From positions 2,112,001 through 2,176,000 of the forward strand of contig OZ245033.1 of the NCBI GenBank assembly GCA_965224025.1: 64,000 bases of DNA, written 5' to 3'. The translations under genes were made by a program, and so were the position numbers. Below, piece after piece: positions 48,660 through 59,176 of this stretch. Origin of the DNA: Candidatus Multivorans sp. (GTDB taxonomy: Bacteria > Acidobacteriota > Thermoanaerobaculia > Multivoradales > Multivoraceae). How positions within the stretch are numbered: position 1 is the first letter of the stretch; each line of letters begins with the position of its first letter. Under the pieces are notes generated by a model, which saw only the letters and a program-made list of their open reading frames with translations, was not told the DNA's origin and searched no databases.

Positions 48660-50158
48660 TCAGTCTGTAGCTGCCGCGTCCAATGGTCGATTCGGCCCGC
48701 CGGTCAACGGTGGGCGAGCTTCCCAGCCGTTCGCCGGCCGCTCGGGGCAGTGCATCGCGCCAATGCACCTGTGGACGCTGACCTCGGGCTGCGAGACGTC
48801 GAACGGAAGGCAGATCAGCGTCAGGCCGTCGTGGAAGACGAACCGCAGAGGCCCCTCGAAGTCGTCGGTGCGCGGGTAGACCAGGGCCACAGTCCTGCAC
48901 TCGTAGCGTTTGCCGTAGGCATAGAGCTGGTACATGTCGGCCTGGCTGATGCCGCGCTTCTTCGGCTCGTCCGACGCTGACTTGAGCCGCTTCCACTTCG
49001 CGTCGAGGACGAAGCGATTGGCGCCGCCCTTCTGGAGGGTGATGTCCGGCTTCATCGTGAACGCTTCGGGCTGGCAGGTCAGGCATTCCTGCGGCCCCTG
49101 CGCCCGTACTCGGTACTCGCTCTGGCAGCGGCGAAAGCTCCGCGTGACGAAGTCTTCGAAGATCTCCCCCATCGGAAACAGCAGCGACTGGTTCGCATAC
49201 TCACCGTGGTAGGTCGTTAGGCCTTCACCGAACAGGAACAGCCGCACCCAGGCCATGACCGGGCGGTAGTGCTGCATGGTCCGGTCGACGGAGTGGCGGC
49301 GCCAGTCGCTCGTCGGATCGGGAGTTGGCGGCACGCTGGCGAAGACGTCGGTCAGTTCGCGCAGCAGCCTGCGGTTCTCCTCGCCGCGGACGATAGGCCG
49401 AAGCCGCTCCAAAGCCGTGCGGATCAGCCGATTCGCCGGCCGGTTCGGATTGAACTCGTCGTGGGCGACATAGAAGCGCGCCTTGTTGGCCAGGTTCTCC
49501 CGGATCTGCTGCCGGAACAGGAGGCGTCCTCGAAGGTAGGGCAGGTTCTCTTCGACCGGCACGTAGCGTCGCGCGAGGCCGTGGCGCGTCAGGTAGCCCA
49601 GGTTCTGAAGGAACAGGTGGGTAAAGGCCTCGAGCATCGGGAAACGCCTGAGCGACCGGATCGCGCTGGGCGGCAACTCGGCGTAGCGGAGCCCGCGCCA
49701 GGTGCGGAGCATCTGGAGGAAGACCTCGCGCGTCCCTTCGTGTCCGTCCTGTTGCTGGCGGGACGTGCCGTGGGCGCCGGGCGCTCTGCCGGCGTCGGGT
49801 CCTTTCGGGCCGGGAGCGAGGTCGATCTTCGGCAGGATCTCGATTGGGCTGCCGCGTCGGGTCGAGAGGACGCCGACGTAGTGGGTTGCCTTGAGTTCGC
49901 GGGCGCCGGTTCCGAAGGCGAGGACCGGGCGGTAGGCGCCGTGCTTGTCCCGCTGATTCTTCCGCGCGAAGGCCTCGAGACTCCGCCAGTCGTTCTCGTC
50001 GAGATCGAACTCTTCGCGAGTGAAGGGCTCGTACTCGCGGACCGTGATGACTCGGGTCTTCCCGTGGCTTGTCTGGTCGCCTCTTGCCGGCAGGCGTGAG
50101 ACCGAGCACCGACGGAGACCGTCGTGTGAGCGCGCTCGGCGGTGTCGAAGAGCGGCAT
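48660..50158 (-). CDS. mcrC: McrC-family restriction endonuclease subunit; natural-looking start at 50158 is out of frame with the body
   Basis: YVGV..IEILPKI, NRPANRLI, LLFPMGEIFEDFV, PDI..LDAKWK, ADMYQLYAYG. Confidence 0.8.
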
Positions 50159-50160
50159 CG

Positions 50161-52240
50161 TCAGCCGCTCCTCGGTTCGTAGATCCTCTGGTACTCCTCG
50201 GCTGTGTTCCATGCCGGATCGTCGCCCGGAAGGCGCTCATGGATCACTCGGTCTTCGTCGAGGAGGTCGAACTTCTCGATCAACTGCTTGGAGTGGCCGT
50301 CGCGTGCCTTGTCTTTCTGGACGAAGGCGTTGCCGCCAAGTACGGCGTCGATCCTCCTCCAGTCGTCGTAGAAGTACTCCTGCAGGAGCGGGAAGATCCG
50401 GTTCCGGAACCGGCCGGCGAGATCGTCGATCGACTCCACTCGAGCAGGTACGTGTGTCCGACCTGGTGCTCCCGGTCCATGAGCAGCGCGATGCGCTCGT
50501 TCATTGCGCGCAGCATCTTCCGGCAGTTCACTCCATCCACGGCGTCGGGAATGAGATGGTGATCCGGATCGGGCATCATCTCGACGAACGTGAACCTCCG
50601 TCTCAGCGCCGTGTCGAGCTGCTGGATCGAACGGTCGGCGGTGTTCATCGTGCCGACGACGTAGAGGTTGTTCGGAACGCCGAAGCCGTCACCCGAGTAG
50701 GGAAGCGTGACCGTGGTCGCGTCGTCCTCTCCGAGCCGCCGGCTATCCTCGATCAGCGTGATCAGTTCGCCAAAGATCTTCGGGATGTTGCCGCGGTTGA
50801 TCTCGTCGATGATGAGCACGACGTTGCGCCTTGGTCCCCGCCGCTTGTCGTTAGTGCGGGGCGAATACCCTCGACGAAGTCCTCGTAGGCGTAGTTCTGG
50901 TGAAAGGTGACCATGGCGATCCGGCCTTCGGCGGGCGCCGAATCGGCGGCACGTTTGAAACGGAGGCGGCGAAAGCGCTGCCGGTCTGGCTCAGTGATCT
51001 CGGCATTGGGCTTTACGGCGTCAACGATCGCCAGCGCATGGCCGACTGTGCCGTACGTCTTGCCGGTTCCCGGTGGCCCGTAGAGGATCTGGTTGAGCGG
51101 ATGTTCCTCGTCGATCGGGACGGCAGCGCTGTCGACGACCTCGACAGCAGCCTTCAGCGCCGTGACCAAATTCGGGTAGGGAGTGACATCGGTGAGAGTC
51201 TTGTTGACTAGTAGCTGTCCGGCTTCCACCAGTCGGCCCTTCGGGTAGTTCGACTTCCAGTCGACGTCCCGAACGTGCTTGTGGCGCTCCCTGGTAGGGA
51301 CATGGCGGTACTGGGATTTCACAGTGCCATGACCTACTACGTCGTGCTGGCCGCGCTTTACGAAGATGACGTCGCCCGGTTTCATCTCGTTGGAGAACTG
51401 CCAAAGGGCCAGACGAGTGTTGTAGGGATCTACGCCGGGCACGTCCTTCATCGCTTGACCGACCTCTTCCAGAGAGGCGTACTTGTGAAGGTCTCCAACC
51501 GGGTGCTCGTCGAAGTCGATTGAAGCCAGGCCGCTTTCGTAGCACGCACTCCAGCGCGAGGAACGGCGCCCGAGTGACATGAGCCAGTACCTCCGGTCGG
51601 CGGGTGGGGCCGGCGGAGGGTTGGCTGGTGGCGGGGGAGGCGGTTGCTCCTTCGGATCGAGCCAGATCTCGGGGCTAATGTCGAGTGCGTCGCCAAGCCA
51701 TGAGTAGTGCTCGATCAGAGCCGCGTGCTGTTGGCTCGGGGGCCTGTCCTTCGCATCCGGGAAGACCTCGTCGTGGCGAGCCCTCAGCCGATTCTCATTG
51801 TAGATCGCCAGGAGTTTGGGGTCTTTCCGGTCCTGATAGAGGAACGCGACCTTCCACTTGACGGCGGGAGAGAAGTCGACCAGGTCAACAGCTTCGAGAT
51901 TCCCCGCCCTGACCCCGTCGATCACGTCGGTCAGTCGAGACCTCACGGTGGCGAAAGCCCCTTCCGCCGTCTCGCCGTACTTGCGCATCCAGGCGTACTC
52001 ATCACCCCAGATCCGCCCCCCTTTGGGTTGCTTTGGGTCCTTGTTGTCTCGGCGGAAAATGCCGAACTTGAAGGCCGAGCCACCCCATATGCTCCCGAGA
52101 TCATAGGTTCTTGCCTCAAGCCAGTAGATGAAGGCGTCATCCCGATTGGGATTCGTGTACTCCTCCAGAGACATGCTGCGGACCTTGCTCGGTGGCCAGA
52201 CATCAAGGAACTCGGACCAGAGCTGCATCTCTTTGCGCAT
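50161..52240 (-). pseudogene. mcrB: McrB-family AAA+ GTPase, two frame disruptions (~50830, ~50445)
   Basis: [59 protein letters not shown] across three frames. Confidence 0.88.
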
Positions 52241-52377
52241 CCTCTAACGGCTCCTTGGTAGAGGGGAGGTGGACGGCCGGGAGCGGTCAGGCAGCTCGCT
52301 CGGCAGGGCGTGACGTGGCAGTGTAACGGGCCATGGGCGCGGCAGCCGTCGGCCGGTGCTCGCTTCGCGGACGGTCT

Positions 52378-52773
52378 TCAGCCGTCGCCGGCAACCGTGC
52401 GTGCCGGCCGGGATGAGATCAACGACACGTCCAGACTCACCTGCTCATACGGTACCTGGGGGATCAACTTGCCGCGGCGCCCCTTCTCCAGTTCCACGAG
52501 ACCGTAGCGCGACATCGTCTTCAGGGTACGCGAGAGATTCGACTTGTTTCTTCCCGTAAGCACGGCCAACTCGGTCAGCGAGTCCGGCTGCTCGCGGGCG
52601 ATCAGAGCAAGCAGCTCTCGGTTGCGCTGGGAGAGCACCTTCGCGAAGCTCTCGAGGGAGGTGAACCACACCCTCGGCTCTCCCTCGGTCGGCTTGCGCT
52701 CGCCACGGGCGATCGCCAGCGTGCGCTCCTTCATTTGCCCGTAGTCAGCGATGCCGATCTTGAGCGTCTTCAT
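52378..52773 (-). CDS. Winged-HTH antitoxin-like regulator (partner of DUF6516 toxins)
   Basis: MKTLKIGIA..F.SLESFAKVLS..SLTELA..GR..SNLSRTLKTM..GLV. Confidence 0.75.
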   Translation of the reverse strand: MKTLKIGIADYGQMKERTLAIARGERKPTEGEPRVWFTSLESFAKVLSQRNRELLALIAREQPDSLTELAVLTGRNKSNLSRTLKTMSRYGLVELEKGRRGKLIPQVPYEQVSLDVSLISSRPARTVAGDG

Positions 52774-52931
52774 GAGAATGATCCTCTTTCACGCAGCACT
52801 TGGTCGAGGGTCTTACCTTCGGTGCGTCTCACGATGAACTTCACTCAGTGGCCGACCTCGTCCACGAACAGCGTCTGGCCGTGAAGGTCCAGCAACGTGT
52901 CGAGCGCGGGATCGCGTGCGCCCTTCTTCAC
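52770..52931 (-). pseudogene. Collapsed DUF6516-like toxin gene
   Basis: DPALDTLLDLHGQTLFVDEVGH*VKFIV joined to DQVLRERG; ATGA overlap with the antitoxin. Confidence 0.6.
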
Positions 52932-52939
52932 CGGCGAAA

Positions 52940-52958
52940 GTTATCAGTAAATGACAAC
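52940..52958. promoter_or_regulatory. Imperfect palindrome, probable autoregulatory operator
   Basis: GTTATCA-GTAAA-TGACAAC just upstream of the toxin remnant start. Confidence 0.5.
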
Positions 52959-53077
52959 CCGGAACGAGGATGTCTCGTGCAGGGGCGCACCGGGGCCAGC
53001 GCCGGGTGGGATGCCTGGCCAGCTTGCCGCTCGTTTCATCGACAGCGAGACCGCGGCCGGCGTTACACTCCTCCACC

Positions 53078-54082
53078 ATGGCCGACCCCCTCCCCAAGAT
53101 CGCACGGCGGCCGCGCGAGCCGCGGCGGCCGCTCGATCTGGCGGACTTCCCGGGATGCCGCGCCGTTCACCTGCCGGTCGAGAAGCTGGACGACTACGAG
53201 GGCCGCATCGAGTACTGGGAGGCCCGCACCGAGACGGCGATGATTCTCGCCGAGCCGGCGACGGTTTATCACGAGATTCCGTCGGCTGGAGTAGCGGGTC
53301 AAGTGGAGATGATCTCCCAAGCGCGCGGCGCGAAGATTCTGGCGCTCGGTTCGGCGGACTTGGTGCAGCGCGGGGAGAAGGGGGGCGTCGAGGTCCTCAT
53401 GCAGGCGGACGCGGTCTTCTTTCTGGACCGGCCCTGGCCGACGGGCAAGGCGATCGATGTGGGCTGCGGTCCGCTGCCCGATGTCGTGCTGGAAGTGGAT
53501 CACACGACCGACGTGCGGCGGCGAAAGCTGGGGGTCTACGCGTCGTTGGGGTTCCCCGAGGTGTGGGTGGAAGTGCCGGAGCCAGTGTGGCTTGCGCCGC
53601 GGACTTCGGGCCGGCCGCGACTGACGATCTACCTGCTGGAGGGCGGCGGCTACGTCGAGTCGGCCGTCAGCCGGGCGTTTGGGGACTGGCGGGCGGCGGA
53701 GATTCACCGGGCGCTGAACGAGGAGGGGAAGTCGGCGGAGACCGTGGCGGCGGTGCGGCGTGTGGGCCGCGGGCTGGGCAGGGCGGCCGGCACCGGCCCC
53801 GACGACGACCGGTTCCTCGGCGCCGAACGCGAAGAGAGCCGCGCGGAGGGCCGTGCGGAAGGCCGTGCGGAAGGCGGGCTGGAGATGGCGCGTTCCCTCG
53901 TGCGGCAGGCGCTCCAGGCCCGCGACCTCGCGATCACGCCTGCCGTGGAAGCCTGGCTGGAGTGGCTCTCGGCGACCACGGATACAACCGCCGCCATCAG
54001 GGCAGCGGTCGAGTGCCGCGATGCCGAGGACTTCCTGCGCCGGGTCGAGACGCCGCCGGCCGGACCGGACGCGCGAACGTAG
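53078..54082 (+). CDS. Uma2-family endonuclease
   Basis: HE, QADAVFF, PDVVLEVDHT, KLGVYASLGFPEVWV, EGRAEGRAEG. Confidence 0.85.
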   Translation: MADPLPKIARRPREPRRPLDLADFPGCRAVHLPVEKLDDYEGRIEYWEARTETAMILAEPATVYHEIPSAGVAGQVEMISQARGAKILALGSADLVQRGEKGGVEVLMQADAVFFLDRPWPTGKAIDVGCGPLPDVVLEVDHTTDVRRRKLGVYASLGFPEVWVEVPEPVWLAPRTSGRPRLTIYLLEGGGYVESAVSRAFGDWRAAEIHRALNEEGKSAETVAAVRRVGRGLGRAAGTGPDDDRFLGAEREESRAEGRAEGRAEGGLEMARSLVRQALQARDLAITPAVEAWLEWLSATTDTTAAIRAAVECRDAEDFLRRVETPPAGPDART

Positions 54083-54163
54083 CCGACGCCGTCAGCCTCA
54101 TGAAGGCGCTCGTCGGCCGGTGGTAGCCTTGACGTACCGCAAATCGTCCACAGGAAGACGCCG

Positions 54164-54616
54164 ATGATGACGACGCGATTCTGTTCTCGCCTTGCCCTGC
54201 CGGTCCTTGGCCTTGCTGCGGCCTTGGCCTTGGCCCTCCTTGTTCCGCCCCAACCGGCAGCCGCCCATCACGCCTTCGCGGCCGAGTTCGACGCCACGAA
54301 GCCGGTGCGCCTGCGCGGCCAGGTGACGAAGGTCGAGTGGGTGAATCCGCACGCCTGGATTCACATCGACGTCACCGACGAGGACGGCACGGTGACGGCC
54401 TGGATGGTCGAGTGCGGTCCGCCGGGCGCCCTGGTGCGGCGAGGCTGGAAGAAGAACTCGGTGGCGCCGGGGACCGAGGTCCTGGTCGAGGGTTACCAGG
54501 CGATCGATGGGGCGCCAAGGGCGAACGGCCGCGATGTCACCCTGCCCGACGGGCGCCGACTGTTCGCGGGCTCGTCCGGCACCGGCGCGCCGTACGACGA
54601 TCGGGAATCGGGCTGA
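54164..54616 (+). CDS. DUF6152-family exported protein
   Basis: Signal peptide then AHHAFAAEFD, WVNPHAWI, W.VECGPP..L.R.GW. Confidence 0.85.
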   Translation: MMTTRFCSRLALPVLGLAAALALALLVPPQPAAAHHAFAAEFDATKPVRLRGQVTKVEWVNPHAWIHIDVTDEDGTVTAWMVECGPPGALVRRGWKKNSVAPGTEVLVEGYQAIDGAPRANGRDVTLPDGRRLFAGSSGTGAPYDDRESG

Positions 54617-54639
54617 GCCGGATCCCCGCCAGTCAGAGC

Positions 54640-54885
54640 GCCGGAAAGGGCGGCCCTGTCCTTCGTGAACGACAAGTTCGGCTGGTTCTACATCGCCGCG
54701 GCGAATCTCTTCGTGCCGGCGACGGCCTCGAGAACGACATGGCCACTGGGATGTTCGCCATGCTGGAGGCCTTCCCCCTCTCCGGCGCCGCGTCGCTGCT
54801 GGGCGTGCTTCTGGTCGTCTCGTTCTTCGTCACGTCCTCGGACTCCGGCTCCCTGGTCGTCGACCACCTCACGGCCGGGGGACGG
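54640..54885 (+). pseudogene. BCCT transporter remnant
   Basis: FGWFYIAAANLF (N-terminal part) joined to FFVTSSDSGSLVVD (C-terminal part). Confidence 0.75.
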
Positions 54886-55086
54886 GCCGCCCCCGGTGGC
54901 GCCGGGTGGTGGTGGCGTTGTAGTACCACCCAGAGACCGATGATCGAGGAGGTGTCGGAATGAAGGTCGAGCGTGGCCTTCTTCTGGGTCCTGTCGGCTC
55001 TATTGATGCGGTCAAGCGGCCGGAATCTTGCGGCTATCGTGTTGGTTGTACTTGGACACATCGAATCAACCATGTGAGGTGACCAG

Positions 55087-55632
55087 ATGACGACTGAAAG
55101 CTCGGCCAGTCTGACGAAGATCGTTGGGGCGATGCTCGCCCTCGCAGTGGCGTTCACTCTCGGCTTTGTGGTGCGATCTCAGCTTCCGGAGGAGCGGGAA
55201 ACACCGGACGCGGTGGAAGTGGTGGCGCAGGACTTGTTGCGGCAAATAACCGAACAGCGGGAATCTGCTGCTCGTGTAGTGCGGGTAGACGGCCTCGGCG
55301 TAGGCCGGGAAGACTTGTCGATGTTCGAGGCCGGGTTCGAGCCGGCGCCTCCCGGCGCCACGCGGCCGGTGAAGGTCGACGGTGTGAAGCCGGAGTACAC
55401 GGATCTCGCCAAGGCGGCTCGGCTTCAAGGTGTCGTCATCCTGCGGGCCGCGATCGACCAGGAAGGCAACGTCGCCGGCGTCGAGGTCCTCAAGGAACTC
55501 CCAATGGGGCTCACCGAGGCTGCGGTGGACGCCGTGAAGCAGTCGAAGTTCGAGCCGGCGACGATCGATGGTGAGCCCATCCCGGTCAGCCATCACGTCT
55601 CGGTGAACTTCCGGCTCGGCAAGCTCGGCTGA
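55087..55632 (+). CDS. Energy transducer TonB-family protein
   Basis: TM anchor; PEYTDLAKAARLQGVV..IDQEGNV..AVDAVKQSKFEPA..V.F. Confidence 0.85.
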   Translation: MTTESSASLTKIVGAMLALAVAFTLGFVVRSQLPEERETPDAVEVVAQDLLRQITEQRESAARVVRVDGLGVGREDLSMFEAGFEPAPPGATRPVKVDGVKPEYTDLAKAARLQGVVILRAAIDQEGNVAGVEVLKELPMGLTEAAVDAVKQSKFEPATIDGEPIPVSHHVSVNFRLGKLG

Positions 55633-55740
55633 GCGTGCGCCCCGGTAGGGGCTGCGGCTGGTCTCAACGCGCTCCGGCGCCGGGACTCGGTGGTACCGTT
55701 GCGGTGACAACGGATACACCGATGCACGAGGAGGTGTCGG

Positions 55741-56829
55741 ATGAACTTTGAGCGTTCCTTTTTCCTGAGCCTGGCGGTTCTTCTGGCCGCCCCGATCGCG
55801 GTCGCGGCGCAGGACGAGATTCCGCGGCGTCCCGACGGCAAGCCGGATCTCGCCGGCGCGTACAACGTGGCGACGCTGACTCCGCTTACGAGGCCGCGCG
55901 AGTTTGGCGATCGGCTGACGCTGACCGACGAGGAAGCGTCCGCGATAGCCCGCCGCAAGGCGGAGATCTACGAGGCGGACTTCAAGCCCAGCGATCCGAA
56001 CCGTGAAGCCCCACCGGTGGGAGGCGCTCCGATCTTCGATCCGGGTCTCGAGGGCGCCTCCGGCGGCAGCGGCGGCTACAACGCCTTCTACATGGACCCG
56101 GGCGACAACGCGATCCGAATCGACGGCAAGTGGCGTACTTCGATCATGACCGATCCGCCGAACGGCCGGTATCCGGAGATGACGGATGCGGGCATGAAGC
56201 GGCGCGCCGCGCAGTTTGCGGCTTTCGGTCACAAGAACACCGGCACCGCCTGGTGGCTCGAGGAGCGGGAGGACGGCGCCGGCCCCTACGACGACATGGA
56301 ACAGCGGCCTCTGGCCGAGCGCTGCCTGATGGGGTTCAGCTCGACGGGCGGGCCTCCGATGCTGCCGGCGCTCTACAACAACCACAAACGGATCGTGCAG
56401 ACCGGGAACCACGTGATGATCCTGATCGAGATGGTCCACGACGCCCGCGTCGTGCGCATCGGCGGCGAGCATGCGCCCGCTTCGGAGCGCCGGTGGCTGG
56501 GCGACTCGATCGGCTGGTGGGAGGGCGACACCCTGGTCGTCGACACGACGAACTTCGGCGACGAGCCGGCTCTCGGTTCGGCGACGAAGGACCTGCACGT
56601 CACCGAACGCTTCCAGCGCCTGCCGAACGGCGATCTGCTCTACGACTTCACCGTGGAGGATCCAAACGTCTGGGAGACGTCCTGGAGCGGTGAGTACGTG
56701 TGGCGGTCGACGCCCAACAAGGTCTTCGAGTACGCCTGCCACGAAGGGAACTACGCGCTGGGCAACGTGATGCGCGGCGCCCGGTTGCTGGAGGCGGACG
56801 CGATGGCAGCTTCAACCGGCGGAGAGTGA
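55741..56829 (+). CDS. Exported uncharacterised protein (WEGDTLVV family)
   Basis: GGAGG RBS, signal peptide, DGKPDLAGAY, ERCL, GDSIGWWEGDTLVVDT, EYACHEGNY. Confidence 0.8.
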   Translation: MNFERSFFLSLAVLLAAPIAVAAQDEIPRRPDGKPDLAGAYNVATLTPLTRPREFGDRLTLTDEEASAIARRKAEIYEADFKPSDPNREAPPVGGAPIFDPGLEGASGGSGGYNAFYMDPGDNAIRIDGKWRTSIMTDPPNGRYPEMTDAGMKRRAAQFAAFGHKNTGTAWWLEEREDGAGPYDDMEQRPLAERCLMGFSSTGGPPMLPALYNNHKRIVQTGNHVMILIEMVHDARVVRIGGEHAPASERRWLGDSIGWWEGDTLVVDTTNFGDEPALGSATKDLHVTERFQRLPNGDLLYDFTVEDPNVWETSWSGEYVWRSTPNKVFEYACHEGNYALGNVMRGARLLEADAMAASTGGE

Positions 56830-57206
56830 TCCGCTCGGTCGGGCCGGCGTCAGGACCAAGTCATCGAGGCTCGGTGTGGCCGTCATGGCCGGCTTGGCTG
56901 TGCTTGCTGCTGGTCGTTGCAGTGGGGTTGCCGGTAGCGGCAGCGGCTCAGCAGCCACCGAACATCCTCGTCTTGGCGCCGCGGCCGGTGATCGAGGTCC
57001 ACGACCTGGAGGCGGATCCCCACGAGCTGGTCAACCTCGCCGGGCGGCCCGAGGCGGCGCGGATCGCCCGCGAGCTGAGCCGGGTGCTCGATGCCTGGAT
57101 CGACCGCACGGAGGACTTTCCGCCGAGTCGGCGGCGCCGCGCGGACAACACGGACCGGGTGAGCGGCGTGAAGTTCAGCCAGAAGGTGCCGCGGCTGGAG
57201 CCGTAG
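56826..57206 (+). pseudogene. Collapsed sulfatase gene
   Basis: Signal peptide and PNILVL joined in frame to RP..EVHDLEADPHELVNLA; no CxPxR motif. Confidence 0.7.
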
Positions 57207-57262
57207 CTGGCCCACTTGGGGCTGCATCCGGCGCGCAGCGCCGGCTCCGCTTCTGCTCCGAC

Positions 57263-59176
57263 TCAGCGGTCCAGCACCTGCAGCACGATCCGTGACGGAT
57301 GCTCCGCCGAGTGGTGGACCGCGTTGTTCGCCGTCCGCCACTCGGTCTCGTCGTAGTTGTTGCCGCCGGTGTTCAGGTTGCGGTCGTAGCGGGGGAAGTT
57401 GCTGCTCGAGATCTCGATCCGCAGCCGGTGGCCCGCGCCGAAGACGTTCGCGGTCGCGAGCGGCCCGAGCGCGACCTCGTAGACCGTGCCCGACGCCATG
57501 TGGACGTGGCGGTCGAAGCCCTCTCGGTAGCGCATGCGCAGGATGGTGTCGTCCAGGTTGAAGGCGCGGCCGTCGGGGTGGACATGGGCGAGCTTGACGG
57601 TGAAGTCGGTGTCGGGCGCGTCGGACGACACATGGAGGATCACCTCGACCGGTCCGACCACCGCCAGCGCCTCCTCGAACGGCGCCGACGTGTAGACGAG
57701 CACGTCGGAGCGGGCCTCGACGCCGCGCTGGTCGAAGGCGCCGGGTTCGTAGTCGCCCATGCAGCAGAAGGCGCCGCCGTGGGTCGGCGCCGGCGAGCCC
57801 GGGTCGTACACGAAACTGTCGGCGCCGGCGCCGCTCGCTCCGGCGTCGGCGGTCAACGTGCCGTCGCCTGCGGCGCTGTTCGCGCTGCCGTTGCTGGAGA
57901 GATACAGCGTCATCGGTTCCACTCCGGCCGGCGGCCAGTCGTCCGCGTTCTGCCAACGGTCCTCGCCCATCAGGAAGTAGCGGACCCTGGCGTATCGGTT
58001 CTCGAAGCCGTTCGCCTCAGGCTTCGTGAAGCGGTCGAGGAACGCCCACAGCATCTCGTCGAAGCCGAAGTCGGTGTCGCCGAAGTTCCGCTCGCCGACG
58101 ATCAGGGGATCCGTGAGGCGGTACATGTTGCAGTGCAGGCTGGGTGCCACGACCATGTACTGGTGATCGCGGACCTCGGGGTCGGCGTTCCGGCGCACGT
58201 GGTCGTAGAGGGCCAGGTTGGGCGACACGGAGAGGTCGTACCAGGAGTTCGCCCACAGGGCCGGCACGGCGAAGGGCTCGTCGTCGTGGTAGAGGCCGCC
58301 CTCATACCAGGCCGGATCGTCCGGCATGCGGGCGGCGAACTCGCCGAAAATCCCCTTGGGCCCGCCGACGGACTCGATCAAGGTCTGGACGGGTAGGTGC
58401 CGCAGCGCCTGCTGCCACTCGACGGCCGGCATCTTGGCGGCCAGGTCGAAGTAGGTCGCGAGCCGTTCCAGGTCTTCCCGGCTGGTGCCCGGAGGGAAGG
58501 TCGGGCGCAGGGTGTTCTGCTCGCCGTAGAGCCAGACCGCCATCGGAAGCTGCAGGGCGCCGCCGCGATAGAAGTTCCCCTGCTCGTAGAACGGCCCCAT
58601 GCGGCCGATACCCGCGCCCTGACCCATCGGCACGGCGGCGGCGTGGCCGGGATGCCGCATCGCCGCGAGGCCCATCTGCCACTCCGCGGTCGAAGAGCAG
58701 CCGAGCGTCGCGACGTTGCCGTTGGACCACGGCTGGTCGGTGATCCAGGTCAGCGCGTCGTAGCCGTCGGACCGCGGCCGCCCGAGGATCTCCCAGTCGC
58801 CCTCGGAGAAGAACTTGCCGCGCTCGTTCTGGACCACGAAGGCGTAGCCGCGCTCGATCGCGTCGAGCCCGAACTTGAGCAAAGCGCTCGGACGCTCCAG
58901 GTTCGGCCCCGGTAGGAGGCTGAAGTTGTAGGGCGTGCGCCAGAAGATCGCCGGCACCGGTCCCTGAGCGTCGCGAGGCCGGTAGATTTCGGTGGCGAGG
59001 CGCACGCCGTCCCGCATCGGTACCATGACCATCCGATCGATCTCCGCCTTGCGGTCGAGGTCGGCCCGGCGCACCGGGTCCGGCGTGCGGTGGATCTGGG
59101 CGCTGAGAGACGACCCGATCAAGCCGAGGGAGAGGGAAACTGCGAGTAGACGGATGACCGATCGAACCTGGCTCAT
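57263..59176 (-). CDS. CocE/NonD family hydrolase
   Basis: VPMRDGVRLA, RTPY, QNERG, WSNGNV..GCSS, SWYD, NFPRYDRNLNTG; AGGAGG RBS. Confidence 0.9.
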   Translation of the reverse strand: MSQVRSVIRLLAVSLSLGLIGSSLSAQIHRTPDPVRRADLDRKAEIDRMVMVPMRDGVRLATEIYRPRDAQGPVPAIFWRTPYNFSLLPGPNLERPSALLKFGLDAIERGYAFVVQNERGKFFSEGDWEILGRPRSDGYDALTWITDQPWSNGNVATLGCSSTAEWQMGLAAMRHPGHAAAVPMGQGAGIGRMGPFYEQGNFYRGGALQLPMAVWLYGEQNTLRPTFPPGTSREDLERLATYFDLAAKMPAVEWQQALRHLPVQTLIESVGGPKGIFGEFAARMPDDPAWYEGGLYHDDEPFAVPALWANSWYDLSVSPNLALYDHVRRNADPEVRDHQYMVVAPSLHCNMYRLTDPLIVGERNFGDTDFGFDEMLWAFLDRFTKPEANGFENRYARVRYFLMGEDRWQNADDWPPAGVEPMTLYLSSNGSANSAAGDGTLTADAGASGAGADSFVYDPGSPAPTHGGAFCCMGDYEPGAFDQRGVEARSDVLVYTSAPFEEALAVVGPVEVILHVSSDAPDTDFTVKLAHVHPDGRAFNLDDTILRMRYREGFDRHVHMASGTVYEVALGPLATANVFGAGHRLRIEISSSNFPRYDRNLNTGGNNYDETEWRTANNAVHHSAEHPSRIVLQVLDR

